Positions 41,688 through 55,576 of a stretch of 64,000 nt of DNA are shown here, in pieces. How positions within the stretch are numbered: the stretch's first letter is position 1; each line of letters starts with the position of its first letter. Below the pieces are notes generated by a model that was given only the letters and a program-made list of their open reading frames with translations, did no database searches and was not told where the DNA came from. Made by a program: the position numbers and the translations under genes. This DNA is from Chrysomallon squamiferum (taxonomy: Eukaryota; Animalia; Mollusca). The DNA lies in the NCBI GenBank assembly GCA_012295275.1, contig CM022677.1, forward strand, positions 14,570,001 to 14,634,000, written 5' to 3'.

Positions 41688-43335
41688 TTGGCTGTATGTG
41701 TGTGTACCTGTATCTTGGCTAATTTCCTACATAAATAAAAATAACTGAAATATCAACAAATGATAATAAGCAGAAAAAATGTGTTTGTCAGACAAATGTA
41801 GATTGATAAAAAAAAATATCATATTTTTATTAAAATTAATAAACTTTTATACTTACTACTGATGCTAAATATGTTATGTAGGTCATATCAGTATTATTGA
41901 GGTGCTGCCTAGAAAGGTAACTTACATCATGGAGAAGGATAAATCAGCTGTTACAGAAACCATTCTCATGCATTCTGAGTTGTGAGTTTATTTTATTTTG
42001 TGTCTTAGAGAAAATTCTTAATTAACAATAAAACAGTGTAATAATAATCAGTTATTTGCTGTTTTGTTAATTATTATTGTTATTATTATTATTAATATTA
42101 TCATTATAATGTTTTTACTTGGTGCCATGGGGATTCCCCTAAGTTGTAAATGTGTATCTGTCTCAGGCAGGTACAACCTGAGTTGACTTGCTCTTCTGGT
42201 CAGTATGGGATCTATGTATGCAGTATATTATAAAATACCATAACACTAGAACAGAACAAACATAAGAACTTTTAAAAACTGTATTCACATAACATTGAAA
42301 ATTCACTAGTAAAGACTAATATAACTGAATAGAAATACTGTAATCTGTCACATCAATCACATACGGGGTTAATTCAGTGAAACCAGGAAATATATAAATA
42401 ACTAGTTACCAGGTGTGTTTAGGGGACAGCGATGGTTCCACAATTCTCTCCCTAACAAAAAAAATTCCAGGCTTTTATAAGAAAAAAGGGACTTGTTTAA
42501 TTTGGCAACGTTTTATGAAGTTTGCCACTAGACGGTGTCGCCAGATCATTCTGTAAAACAAGAACCTGTAACACTGAGGCATTTTGTTGATTTGGCAGAC
42601 ATAATCAGCAGTCAGGATACATGACTTTTACAGGTGGAAAATTCTTCCTTCACACTTGGTAACATTATTTATTAAAGGGACAAGCTAGGTGAAAACCAAA
42701 TCTGTTATCTTTAGGTTATAGAACTGAAAATGTGATTATTTTGTGGTAAATTTCTATATGTTAAAATAAAAGAAGAAGAAGTATAATATTTTATAAGTAT
42801 TTTTAAAATGTTTGACTTTCCTGTTACCAGATGGAATGTCAGCCTTCACACAGTGTCACTGTTCCTGTGATGACAGACACACTAAAAATACACTGGAGAT
42901 GGATGTACAGTATCTGTTGTCTGTAGTTTCTATTCTCTGCAGTCTCTCAAATTTCATGGGTTTAAATATCACAATTTTTGTAAATAAAATAATATATCAG
43001 ATGGTAACTTTAAAATTTAGCATTAAATTTATGAATGTTAATATCTAGTAAGACAGATGTGTTGTTGTTGTTTTAAATTTCATAATTGACAAATTCTTAT
43101 TTTATTATTAGGTCAGGCTCTCTCTCTCTCTCTCTCTCTCTCTCATGTTATTAAATATTTATTGTCTCATGGTTATTTATTTATTTTTCAGAGATATGTT
43201 TGAAAGATGGGTTAGGAATAGCTAATTCTTTATGTAATCTACACTCTCATCAAAACATTCTGTGAACAGCATCTTATCATCTACTTTTTTCCACTTGATA
43301 AAACTAACATCTTCTGAATGGTCAGGAAACAGAAA
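40584..43335 (+). pseudogene. CAMSAP: CAMSAP/Patronin pseudogene, copy 2 (N-terminus through CH domain, introns retained)
   Basis: Exons in native order, mostly with AG/GT sites: 40584-40670 AKLNSSTAWILQKAFGEN..EK*D; 41212-41300 LISSLLSSD/CQACSRMF..WQG; 41882-41981 HISIIEVLPRKVTYIMEKDKSAVTETIL; 42831-42958 VPVMTDTLK/TGDGCTVSVVCSFY; 43192-43335 EICLKDGLGIANSLCNL/LIKTFCEQHL. The last two match CAMSAP CH-domain DGCALAALIHFY..DICLKETMSLADSLYNLQLIQEFC. Confidence 0.9.
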
Positions 43336-43870
43336 GTAAGTTTTGTGGAGAGTCTTTAGTTATGGTTCAGGATTTTACTTTAAAAATGTACATTACAAGC
43401 CAAAAAATTGTATTATATCTTTTATTATATGAATTTATGAAAATTGTTATTGTACTGGAAAAATTGATATTTGTAATATTCAGTTTTAGTGTACAGACTG
43501 ATGAATGCTTTTCCTATGTAAATATATTTGTATTATTTAAAATGGATGCTTTCAGGCTTTTAAAGATCCTTATATAATGTCAGTATTTCAGAAGCTGCCA
43601 ATAAAGAAAGTTAATATTAAAGGATTTTTTTAAATGACTGCTCCTCAGTTAAATTTTATGAAGATTTATTTCATCAGACAGGTTATATTGCAGGGTTTAT
43701 TATTATTTTTTATTAATTTTAATTCAACGTAATGGAAGTCAAATGTCACGAAACACCAAGTACTCATTAGCTTTAACAAAACTGAGTTGAGATTCAGAAT
43801 AAACAAATCAAACACTACTCCATAAGTATTCACTTAATCAATTGTGTTAAACTTATAGTGATGGATAGAC

Positions 43871-44135
43871 TGGCTCAGTGGTTAGAGTGCATGGCCAAGG
43901 TTTGTTGTGTTCCAGGATGAGTTCTGCATGGAGGACTAATAATGTTATCTACCAAAAGATGTGTATGTTTGTTTTGTGGAAAGGTATATGTTTAAAAGCA
44001 GATTTTTAGTTTGTCAGGGAGTCAGTTCATTGCAGAAACAGGTTTTCTTGATCATTAGCTGAATTGTTGTTTACCTTTAAAGACACAAAGAAGTAGTAAA
44101 ACATGCTGTGTATGTCCTTAAATAAAATATTTCTT
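43871..44135 (+). mobile_element. Degenerate tRNA-derived SINE
   Basis: Pol III box A TGGCTCAGTGG at 43871-43881 followed by TTAGAG, a decayed box B, no complete cloverleaf, and a tail-like 'gtccttaaataaaatatttcttc'. Confidence 0.5.
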
Positions 44136-44393
44136 CTTTATTTTTATATTTATCAATAATCAGATTATAAATGAAGTGTTTTAAAAGATACTAAATTTTT
44201 AATTCAGGATTTATATTTATATTGTAGTATACAAATATCCTGATAACTTAGACTACTTCATTATTTCCATATTTCCATTAGCATTATTTTATTCTTGTTT
44301 CTGGTGTCAACAATCTTTTCTTATGATTTTTAAATTTCTTATTTTATTATTGTTTTATTTATTTATTTGTTATTTTAGCAATACGTAACTGAA

Positions 44394-44593
44394 NNNNNNN
44401 NNNNNNNNNNNNNNNNNNNNNNNNNNNNNNNNNNNNNNNNNNNNNNNNNNNNNNNNNNNNNNNNNNNNNNNNNNNNNNNNNNNNNNNNNNNNNNNNNNNN
44501 NNNNNNNNNNNNNNNNNNNNNNNNNNNNNNNNNNNNNNNNNNNNNNNNNNNNNNNNNNNNNNNNNNNNNNNNNNNNNNNNNNNNNNNNNNNNN
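44394..44593. other. Assembly gap (200 N)
   Basis: Run of exactly 200 N. Confidence 0.99.
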
Positions 44594-45492
44594 AAACGAA
44601 TAACCTCTCGGATAGAGTTATGTCCCCTTTGTTGCATTTTCCTCCTTGATTATTCAGGTTAAAACGAACATATTCCTATATAGAGTTATCTCCCTATAAT
44701 CAGGTTAAAACGAACATATTCTTATACAGTTATCTTCCTTTAATATGAAAACGAATAACCTCTCGGATAGAGGTATCTCCCCTTTGGTACATTTTTCTCC
44801 TTGATTATTCAGGTTAAAACGAACATATTCCTATATAGAGTTATGTCCCCTTTGTTACATTTTTCTCCTTGATTATTCAGGTTAAAACGAACATATTCCT
44901 ATATAGAGTTATGTCCCCTTTGTTACATTTTTCTCCTTGATTATTCAGGTTAAAACGAACATATTCCTATATAGAGTTATGTCCCCTTTGTTACATTTTT
45001 CTCCTTGATTATTCAGGTTAAAACGAACATATTCCTATATAGAGTTATGTCCCCTCTGTTACATTTTTCTCCTTGATTATTCAGGTTAAAACGAACATAT
45101 TCCTATATAGAGTTATGTCCCCTTTGTTAGATTTTTCTCCTTGATTATTCAGGTTAAAACGAACATATTCCTATATAGAGTTATGTCCCCTCTGTTACAT
45201 TTTTCTCCTTGATTATTCAGGTTAAAACGAACATATTCCTATATAGAGTTATGTCCCCTTTGTTACATTTTTCTCCTTGATTATTCAGGTTAAAACGAAC
45301 ATATTCCTATATAGAGTTATGTCCCCTTTGTTACATTTTTCTCCTTGATTATTCAGGTTAAAACGAACATATTCCTATATAGAGTTATGTCCCCTCTGTT
45401 ACATTTTTCTCCTTGATTATTCAGGTTAAAACGAACATATTCCTATATAGAGTTATCTCCCTTTGACATGAAAACGAATATCCTCTCGGATA
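44594..45492 (-). repeat. 68-bp satellite, inverted relative to 3770-5590, highly homogeneous
   Basis: About 10 near-identical units gaacatattcctatatagagttatgtcccctttgttacatttttctccttgattattcaggttaaaac (period 68: 44821 to 44889). Confidence 0.95.
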
Positions 45493-45775
45493 AGAAAAAA
45501 TAATTCTAATAAAAACATTATTCACATAATAGAAGATTGTAACAGCAGAACAATAAAAAAAAAAAAAAAAAACAGTTTAAGAAATAAAAACGCATGGCCT
45601 CTGCCCTCCTGCCCCTCCCTCACACAGAACCAAGTTGAAACTATAATGTTTCTTGTAAGCATGTTCATGTGCGTGAGATCGTGGGATTGAATCTCAGCGT
45701 TTTTGGAGACATCAGCAGTACTTTCCGATTCCAGATTCATCTAAGAAATATTGTGGAAACATCACTTTCTTTATA

Positions 45776-45991
45776 CAGGGTGGCCCAGATGTAACCGAAC
45801 CCGAAAGCTCAATCGATGATCACTGAAATGTGCAAAAACGTAACAGAATCAACCATTGAACGATGTCATCACGTATTAAAAATAATGGTTTGCATTTTGA
45901 ACATTTGCTGTAACTACATGAAATCAAATTTGTTTCATTTAACTGTAACTTTTCATAACAATTCAGGTTCGGTTACATCTGGGCCACCCTG
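45776..45991 (+). mobile_element. Tc1/mariner deletion derivative, duplicate of 2549-2785
   Basis: Same TIRs, TA flanks and flanking sequence as the first copy, so it was copied by segmental duplication. Confidence 0.9.
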
Positions 45992-47181
45992 TATATAACA
46001 TGGATCATACCCCGTGATGTGTCACCAGAGGTGGGAGGAGTTTACTCGGCGAAGTAAAGGCTATATTGATTACAGTTTAGTGATATGTGCTCACAAACAT
46101 GGATTAGAATTAGGTCCCTTACATGAGATGTACTCAGTAAACAAATTAAAAATTATATCGATTAGACTTATCTCCCTTTAGTGATATGTGTTCACAAACA
46201 TAGATTAGAGTTATGTCCCTTATGTGAGATGTACTCACTAAGCAAAGTGAAAATTGTATCGATTAAAGTTATCTCCCTTACGTGACATGTACTCACTAAA
46301 TAAAGTAAAAATTATATCGATTAGAGTTATCTCTCTTTAGTGATATGTGCTCGCAACTTTAGCCTTACGTGAGATGTACTCACTACGTACGCTAATTATC
46401 CATATGGGATAAATGGAATCTCGAAAAATGTCGGCGTATGGCGGGAGGGCATGTGTTCAACTCACCTTTTCTGTCCGGGACCCTAAGCTCACCCGTTTTT
46501 ATCCTATCCAACCCCCCACCTCCCTAGTCACCCACACACCGACTGTCTGTCCTGCATATGGATGGAGCTACTGATAAACAGGCTGAAGTTTGTACAAGCT
46601 CTAGGGGCTTTTAAGATTAAACTGGTAATTAAATATTTAAAAAAGTAATATTGTTTTTGTTTACCGACTGAAAATATAGAAACTTATCTAGTGATCATAT
46701 ATTGCAATTACTGATAGTGACTTCAGGATCTATCTGATCTATCTATCTATCCGTGAATACACATACATACACATGCACGCATGCACTTACACACTGTCTG
46801 ATAGTGGTAAGCTTCTGAAAATCAACTGAATATTGACGAGTATAAATACAATATATATGAATCCATGATGTGTGTTTACATTGGTGTGTGTTGGTGCACA
46901 CATTTGCATACAAAAACACACATACACAACAAACACATAAATTAAGCTATGCATTTCTTTCTTTACTTTTTATTTGTTTTTCATCCATTTTCCAATCCAG
47001 TGCCTTCTACAAGCATTATTAGAGATTTTAAAAATGATTTTTGTAATATGATTTTAAATAATTACATATATTTATCTTGTCAATCAATTTATATTTGTTA
47101 AACAGTTTACACAAATACTTTGACGTGTAAATAATGTTTATCAATATTCTGCCTTATAACATGATTAGTATAACATTAATT

Positions 47182-47774
47182 CAGTGATTCTCAACCAGTG
47201 TGCCGCGGCGCACAGGTCTGCCACGAGATCTTCCTATGTGAGCCGCACAATTTTGTACGGCACACTAAGAAAATGCGAAAAACCACTTGATCCCAAAATA
47301 AAACAAACAGTAGAATGCAAGGTAAAAACGAAAATATTCTCACTTCAACAGACAAGTTAGTTGCCCTCAAAAAGAAAATAGTGATTTGGGGAAAAAAGAG
47401 CAGTCACTGTCAACCTTTATATGTTCCCTCTATTGCGTTCTACCTGCGTTAGAGAAGTGATCCCTATTGTGTTTACTCATCTGACAGCCCTAGACGAAAG
47501 CATCAACAATAAATTTCCGTCATTAAAGACAGAAAAGTACTATTGGATTAGAGATCCTTTCATAAATCATTCTTCCAACATTGAACTTGAGTTACAGGAA
47601 GAAGAAGAATTGGCCGACCTTTCTAATGACCTTAAAATTAAAACATTCGACTCTGCCCATTGATTCGTTTTGGATTTCAATACAAGAGGTGTATCCCATA
47701 TTATGTAAAAGAGTTTTAGCAATTTTATTACAATTTTCAACTCCTTATATATGTGAATTAGGCAACATCAAAAA
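47182..47774 (+). mobile_element. hAT (Buster/Charlie) remnant, 3'-truncated
   Basis: TIR cagtgattctcaacc at 47182. It encodes MQGKNENILTSTDKLVALKKKIVIW, WIRDPF and FWISIQEVYPILCKRVLAILLQFSTPYICELG. It retains 183 bp that are deleted in the 634-1377 copy between AGTG microhomologies. Confidence 0.9.
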
Positions 47775-47893
47775 GTTGTGTAGTTGTAGTGAAACATGTG
47801 GTAGAGGCATTAGAATAAGATTTGAGATACGAACATGCACAGATACGAAGAGGAATCTTCAAGAAGCATGTGAAACAAATGTCTTGTGTCCAG
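47775..47893 (+). pseudogene. Thrombospondin type-1 repeat exon fragment
   Basis: CSCSETCGRGIRIRFEIRTC...EACETNVLCP fits the TSP1 CSxTCGxGxRxRxRxC pattern and ends at a CAG/GTAAC splice donor. Confidence 0.7.
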
Positions 47894-48134
47894 GTAACAA
47901 GCAATAATTATACTTCTCTGCCTACAAAAGTGAAAAATGACTCAAATAATATTAAGGATTTCTCTTAAAAAACAACAAAAAAAAAACAACATAAACAACA
48001 AAAATATTCAGTTGTTAATGATTTAGTGGAACTTTATGGATAATGAATTGCATTAGGTATACTGATAACCACAACAGTAAAGAATTAAACAGCACACTTC
48101 TAAAGTTATAAAGCATGTTTTATATTCCATTTAT

Positions 48135-49560
48135 ATATCAGTAGTATGGTTGAAATAACAGTGACAGATTAGTAGTAATATCAGTAGTATGGTTGAAATA
48201 ACAGTGACAGATTAGTCGTAATATCAGCTGAAATATTAGTAATATTAATGACAGATTAGTAGTAATATCAGTAGTATGGTTGAAATATTAGTATAATTAA
48301 TGACAGATTAGTAGTAATACCAGTAGTATGGTTGAAATAACTGACATAGTAGTAGTAATATCAGTGATATATCTGAAGTAGCAGTGACATATTAATAGTA
48401 ATATCAGTAATAGCTCTGAAGTAGCAGTCACAGATTAGTGGTAATATTAGAAGTATGGCTGATGTAACAGTGACAGATTAGTAATAATAGCATAGTATTG
48501 CTGAAGTAACTGATAGATTAGTAATAATAGCAGTGGTATTGCTGAAGTAAAAGTGATTAGTAGTAATATCAGTAGTATCGCTGAATAACAATGGTAGATT
48601 AGAAACAATAACAGTAGTATCGCTGAAGTAAAGTGATATATTACTAGTAATACAGTAGTATCGCTGAAGTAACAGTGACAGATTACTAGTAATACAGTAG
48701 TATCGCTGAAGTAACAGTGACAGATTACTAGTAATAGCAGTAATATTGCTGAAGTAACAGAGGCAGATTAGCAGTAATATCGATAGTATCACTGAACTAA
48801 CATTGACATATCAGTAGTATCACTAAAGTAAGTGGTGATAACAGTAGTATCGCTGAAGTAACACTTGTAGATTAGTAGTAATATCAGTAGTATCACTGAT
48901 GTAATACAGGCAGATTAGTAGTAATAACAATAGTATTCACGCAGTAACTATGACAGATTAGTAGTAATATCAAAAGTATCGATGAAGTAACTGACAGATT
49001 AATAGTAATAGAAGAAGTATTGCTGAAGTAACAGTGACACATTAGTAGTACCAGAAGTAACAGTGAGAGATTAGTAGTAGTGGCAATAGTATCGATAAAG
49101 AAACGGCGGCAGATTAGTAGAAATAGCAGTAACTTAGTGGTAATATCAGTAATAATAATAGTAATTTCAATACTGGATATGCACTGTAGGAAAGTAAGAA
49201 TCGTAAAATGCGAAAAAGAATAATAAACACCAAGCCTTGAAGGACAACACAGGTACGACAGCAGCGTCTCCAACGTTAACACTAATAATACAGATGTATT
49301 AATAATATATTTTAATACAGGATGCGCAAAAATAAGAAATAAGAATAATAGGTGATAAAAAAACAAAGAAGAACTATGAGAAGCACTCTAATAACTACGT
49401 TAGGAACTATGCCGGTACGACGGCAACGACGGCGACATTAATAGAAATTACAGTAATACAATTTAATACTCATAAAGTATGAGTAATGACTAATAAAAAG
49501 CGCAAAACAATAATGAGAATTACAGCAACAAAGCTAGGAACAAGTACAGCAACTACGGTT
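48135..49560 (-). mobile_element. Repeat element with an internal 42-43-bp tandem array, related to 15520-16210
   Basis: About 24 diverged units such as gtagtatcgctgaagtaacagtgacagattactagtaataca (48135-49170), with a shared unique flank at 49370-49460. Confidence 0.65.
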
Positions 49561-51469
49561 GTATTAACAGAAATAGTAATAATACATCTTAGTATTGGAT
49601 TTGAACGCAAGAAAAGTTGTTTGTAATTTTCATTACAGTTTATTTATCTTGAACCCAGTAGTCTCAGAAAATCAGTGCTGTGTTGGTTAAACAAGTGCAC
49701 ACTTCAGCATCAAACCTATCTCTGAAAATATATTCCTTTTCATAGAACATGTTTATTGTAAACACTCGAGTGAGGATAATGTAAATTCTCTTAACCCACT
49801 TGATCGCTGACTGTAAATCATAAAACAAAAGACCTGAATTGATATAAGGAACATATGTTTATTAGTTTGCGTACATTTCAATACAAATATTTCCTTTTTC
49901 ACATTCGCAGTTTTCAAAAGGCATTTTACGTACACATTCGTATTCACAAAATAAATTTAAATAAGATACGTTTACATTTTTATACAGACAGACAGATATG
50001 GACACACAGACACACGCACACACGCACATAATCATTTGCAGAAAATAATGAAACATATTTCATGTTCTGAAGAGTTTACAAAATAGAAGGTAAGTACGTG
50101 GCTACATAGTAGCAAATAAAACGTTTAAGACAAATATATTCAGATATAATTAAATATATTTTGAAACAGTTAAGTATATTTTGAAACAATTAAGTATATG
50201 TTGATATGATTAAATATATGTTGATATGATTAAATATATTTTAATATGTTTAAATAATTTTGATATGATTAAATATAAAAATGTCCATCTGAATCAAATA
50301 ACTTCTTTAAAATACCCAACTATTTATTTTGGGACATTTTCCTCCTGTGTGATATTGTGTTTTATGATCGCTGTAACATGACATTCCGCGACACAAGTTA
50401 CATCTCTCTCTAGATGAAATTACATAATTAATCTAAAATTCAGCTAGTATTTATCAAATTATGTAATTAAGAATATATCATTAATTTTTCTTAAACACAT
50501 CTAAAAGTAAGTTAATAATTGAGAATGAGATTCCATATTTATTCAATAATATAACCTATAATCTCTAATTAATGTTAAAATGCCATATAAATAATACAGA
50601 CATGATAAAACAAGGGTCTTATTTTTGGGTAACATTATCAGTGCAAATAGCGATATTCTTTATTAACTGTGGTTTTGATAAAAGTTCACGATTTCTCATG
50701 TAATTACATTATAAATAAATCATTATTATCATTATTATATACTTTTTTAAAAAGAAGTATTTAGTTTTTATCTCGACAGAAACAATACACTAAAATAAAT
50801 CTGATTTATCTGATAATTTCACGCGGCCTAATAAAAAATTCGAAGTAATTTTTATATCCGCTCTCAGAACAGTTCTAATGAAAGTAAGAGAATAGCGTCA
50901 AAAATATACAGGAAGCTTCCGTTTTTACAGAGAAATAAAGACAAAGTAAAAAATAAAAATATTAAGGTGTTGTTAGTTAGCTGCTGACAAAGAGAGGACT
51001 GTGACAACTACGGTGTCTGCTTCATTGTTATATAGATTATTATTGGTGGAGCGGTTATACTAATATCTAATGTAATAAGATAACTTCAGGTATAATACAA
51101 AATATAAAGTATATTACACTATACAACTTGCGCTGATGTACACCTTTTAATGAATGTAATTAATTAAATTAAGTTCTGTTCAAGTTTGTCAAATTTGCTT
51201 AATAAAATTTATTATCAAATTTAAACTGACCTTTTATTTTACGAGAAATAATTTGATTAATCTGAAATTCATCTACATTTTGAAGTTTATTAAACTATTT
51301 TTATTAGATATATATTTCTTTCACAAACATTATTTAGACTGTCAATAGCGGTATCCTTAATTAAATATATCACCTTATTTTTACTTGTTTATGATTTATA
51401 GTTTTACAAAATAAACTTGATAACTTTGTGTACATAATGGAATATTATTTGAGTTTTCTTCTATTTGTT

Positions 51470-51526
<57 letters not shown>

Positions 51527-51783
51527 CTTTAAAAAATTAAAACAAACTGAACGTACGCTCTATATTTCCCAGTATTCAGGTCTTCTCTATGATCGATGAA
51601 ATGTAAGATGTTATAAAGCAAAAGTTGAGTGGGCGCGAGATCAGGCTGATATTTTTTTATTAACTCAATTCAAACTATGACAGGGTCATATCAACCTTTT
51701 TCATTTTCAACTTCTTTTCAATGATCCATTTGCCGATTTGTACAGTATAACAAAATTAAGAAGTAATTTCAATACCCATCCCC

Positions 51784-51910
51784 AGCACGATTTGTAGACG
51801 TAAGAGATTATTGTAAAGAGACGGACAGGACGTCTCTCGGTGGCCTAGAACAACGTAGACCTTCCCGTTGTAATTAAACATAGATTACTGGTGACAAATG
51901 AAAACAGCTA
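51784..51910 (+). other. Highly conserved 127-bp exon-like island (copy 2)
   Basis: Partner of 20281-20407, preceded by the acceptor 'catccccag'. Confidence 0.6.
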
Positions 51911-52599
51911 CTGAAAGAATTCAAGTAAAATTAACTCATCATTTTTCCATTTCTCAACCCTTTGTTAGCTTTCTTTACATTTGTTGTTAAACATTTAAAC
52001 TTCTGTTCATGTTATAGCATGTGAATTACACATTTTCCTGCTTTAAAAATAAATACATTAAACATAAGAAATATTGGAAGGTGTTCACTTCCAAGACAAA
52101 ATAAAAATTAAACGGTAAATCATTAGCATCCTCATAAAAATGTTTAGTGAAAAACATCGGAAAACTAGCGAACTGGGCTTAAAGCTCAACCGGAGCAGAT
52201 TAATAAATTCGAATGAAATTAGAAAATGATTATTTTTGAGAATAAAAAAAAATTCCTAAGCCAACGCGTTTTCTAATTCTAAGTATATGTATAAATACAT
52301 AAAAACATCAATCACATATATAAATGTGTGTGTGTGTGTGTGTGTTTTTGATGTAGATAACAACTGCTGAAATCTCTATGTCTATAGCCCATTTTGCAAT
52401 CACTAATTCCCATTCATTTTCTAAGGTTGATTCAAAATAATGCGGTTAATTACGGATCTATTACATTTCTAAGTTGTCTTGTAAAGCTTCTTAAATAACA
52501 GCTGCAGTTGTATCTTAAAACAAATAATATACTATTTGAAGTACTAGAAGAATTATTGTTTTCACATTAAACTGATTTGACATAAAGATATTATTATCA

Positions 52600-52642
<43 letters not shown>

Positions 52643-53253
52643 ACAGAGACTTTGTATATGACTGTGCGTGTGCGTGCAAAACACTGGCAGTAGTTAGAAA
52701 TGTGAGAATAATAGGCCTAACGTTGGGTTTGATCTTTTCTCAAGATAGAATTTCTAGTCGACATATTTATATTTCCCGCCGATCTTTCTACGTGACTGGA
52801 AATCTTACTTTGAGATCAAATGCTGAAAAACGCAATCGTTTTGAAGAAAACTATAGCTTATTTTAAAGGTGAAAATGCAGATACCTGTGTGTGAACGTGG
52901 AGTGTGATTTATTTATTTTTGTTTACTTTTTCTTTCTTTTTTTTGGTAGAGGTGTCTACGTTTTTCTATTTTACTAATCTAATCTGATCAAATCTAACAA
53001 TTTTCTGAACATTAATATAGGCAGTCGAAATCAGTATAGTCAGCCACACTCTTTTTTCTCTTAAGTACATTTCTTTTTTACATTCCTGTTTGTTGTATTT
53101 ATAACAATATTTTTATTTAACATTTCAGTAACATCAGGAGAATACACCCGAAAAGGTGAAATATACCCTTCATTTGATTAGTTTCTACTTTGACATTGAT
53201 AATATAACTGATAGAACAGGTTCAGACATTGATCGTACACACGCACACACATA

Positions 53254-53300
<47 letters not shown>

Positions 53301-54638
53301 TTTTAAGATAAATAAATGTTTATTTGATGGGATTATTTGTTTCCAGTCTCGCTCAGTTGTCATTGTTGTACATTTTCGATTTATTTATTTTTATTTTTTT
53401 CAGACCATGTTTTCAATCCTATATCAAACACTGGTAAATTCCTGATCAATAGTAACCAACTTATGCAACTTATTTTATTTGGTGATTTTATTCGGTGTAT
53501 AAATATAAATAAATAAAAAAGAAGAAAGAGAAAGTAGGGGAAAAAATAACAACACCGTTTATTTGAAGTTTACGTCAATGATTGGCTAATAAAAAACAAC
53601 AAATAATAATAATAATAAAAAGAACCACATCGAGTATATTTTAATAAAGGTTGTTATGTTGCTTTATTTTATTTATTTGTTTTGAAATATTTTTCTTTCT
53701 TTTTTTAGGATTGTATTTTCGGAAAATTGCGGGATGATTGTCGGGACTTGACGGATTTAATTTTTTGTTTCACGTTCGAAGAATCTTCTACAGAATTGGT
53801 GTAATCGCATTATCATGCAACAAAAAAGTTGCTGAAGTATTTCATTTTGTGAAGCAGACAGGTAGTACTATTTATTATTATAGCTGATAATGAGTTTGGA
53901 TTTTTTATTTTTTATTTAAGTATAATTTAAACGTCAGAGTCACCTGATGGCAGCCATCTTTTTCTGGAATAATATATATATTTTTATTTATTTATTTATT
54001 TATTTATTTATTTTTTATTATTATTATTATTTTATTATTTTTGTATTCGTGTGTAATATTTATTTATTTATTATTTATTTTTTTTTTTTTTATTTATTTT
54101 ATTTTAATTCTTTTTTTTTCTTCAAATAACGACACTCGATTAATATCAAAATTCGCCAGTGGTTGTACTAATGTGAACAGCATAAACAAGAATTGTTTAG
54201 TCTTAATTTTGTTTTACCAATATGATATATCGGGGCAAATTTTGTGTGGCCAGTAATTAAATTTGTTTTAAAAGAAATTGACATGTGTAGCCCACCAAAC
54301 AAAGTAAACACCACACAACAACTATGTGTCAACTCGCAATCAATTTTTATTAATACACTGTACAATCTCTATGCACAAAACACTATTAAAATGATTATTT
54401 TTAGAAGTAGGTGTCTTATGCAGATAATATGACTAATACTACGGCATCCAAAAATATTTACCTCTGTATCTACAGATAATGTACCTGGTTGACATTAATT
54501 GCTTCATGACACCTATATGTATTACAACATGTTCAACTCATACAATATAAACCCATGAATGTATAAGGTCTTTATTATTATTATTCATTTGCTTTTTCAT
54601 ATCATTACTAATATTTATTTATTTTTGATGTTTTCCAG

Positions 54639-55576
54639 GACCAATTAAAATCATCATTGGCATGGATATTGCAGAAAGTATAAGGAGAAAATATTCCAAA
54701 TGAATTTAAAGAATGTTTCTATGAAAAATCAGAAGTGAGTGAAATATTTTATAAATTTCTCATCCAGCTACACAATCATTGACCAAAACCACTCTGTAGA
54801 GTGCAAGTGCTGCTGGAATACTATAATATGGATAAATCAATGGTTTACATTCAGCATAGACAGGAACAAGAAGGAAAGGGCAGAGCGCCATTGAAGTCTG
54901 CACTTTTGTGAAAACAAGCTGATGCTGGTAAAAAGACTTCATCTGCTACGCTGCAAAACAAAACAACTTGGTAGATGACTTGATTGGCCGTGTGCAAAGG
55001 CAGCAGCCAGGAAGTTGAGCAGCAGGTGATGTCTTGCCACATTCGATGGACCAAGCTAGTCCTGTACATGATTCAAAGTGGGACGAATGCACCCAGGTCC
55101 CTGTCCCCTACTTCATCATCATCGAGTTTTAGAGAATGGATACTAGAGACTTGTGATAATGTGAACCAACAGTCTGGTGTCAAGTAATGTGTCAGGCCTG
55201 TGTTAGAATGTTTTCAGAAACCTCTCAACAGTGGCAGGGTATGTTCTTTTATTAATTTATATGTGTGCGTGTGTGTGTGTGTATGTGTGTGTGTGAGCGG
55301 GCATTTGTATGTGACTGTTTGTGTGTGAGAGAGACATATTGCATGAATGATAATAAGCAAACAAAAATGTATTTAATCAGACAAATGTAGATTGAAAAAA
55401 AGAAAGAAAAAGTGTCATGTTCATGTTGGAATTGCTAAAATCTTTGTTTACCAATTAATGATAAATCTTTTATACATAATTGCTGTATTGTTCAGCTGCT
55501 GTCTAGAAAGGGAATTCATATAATGGAGAAGGATGAATCAGCTGTACAGAAACTGCAGACTGCACAGTTCCAAGTT
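54639..55576 (+). pseudogene. CAMSAP: CAMSAP/Patronin pseudogene fragments, copy 3
   Basis: Exon 54639-54734 DQLKSSLAWILQKV*GENIPNEFKECFYEKSE (cf. Patronin RASVKWLLSKAFNNRVPDNLKEPFY). An inserted CC1-region block spans about 54770-55140, a partial exon ends WQG at 55238, and an exon at about 55474-55576 reads IVQLLSRKGIHIMEKDESAV. Confidence 0.85.

Noticed and set aside
42525-42538. CTCF-like site ccactagacggtgt
   Set aside because: It is a single imperfect match in a pseudogene intron and could occur by chance.
40584-43335. Functional CAMSAP gene
   Set aside because: It has a stop in the first exon, frameshifts in three others, and missing intermediate exons.
43871-43940. tRNA gene
   Set aside because: Only box A/D-arm-like sequence is present, with no GTTCRA T-loop or acceptor stem. 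I treated it as a SINE head.
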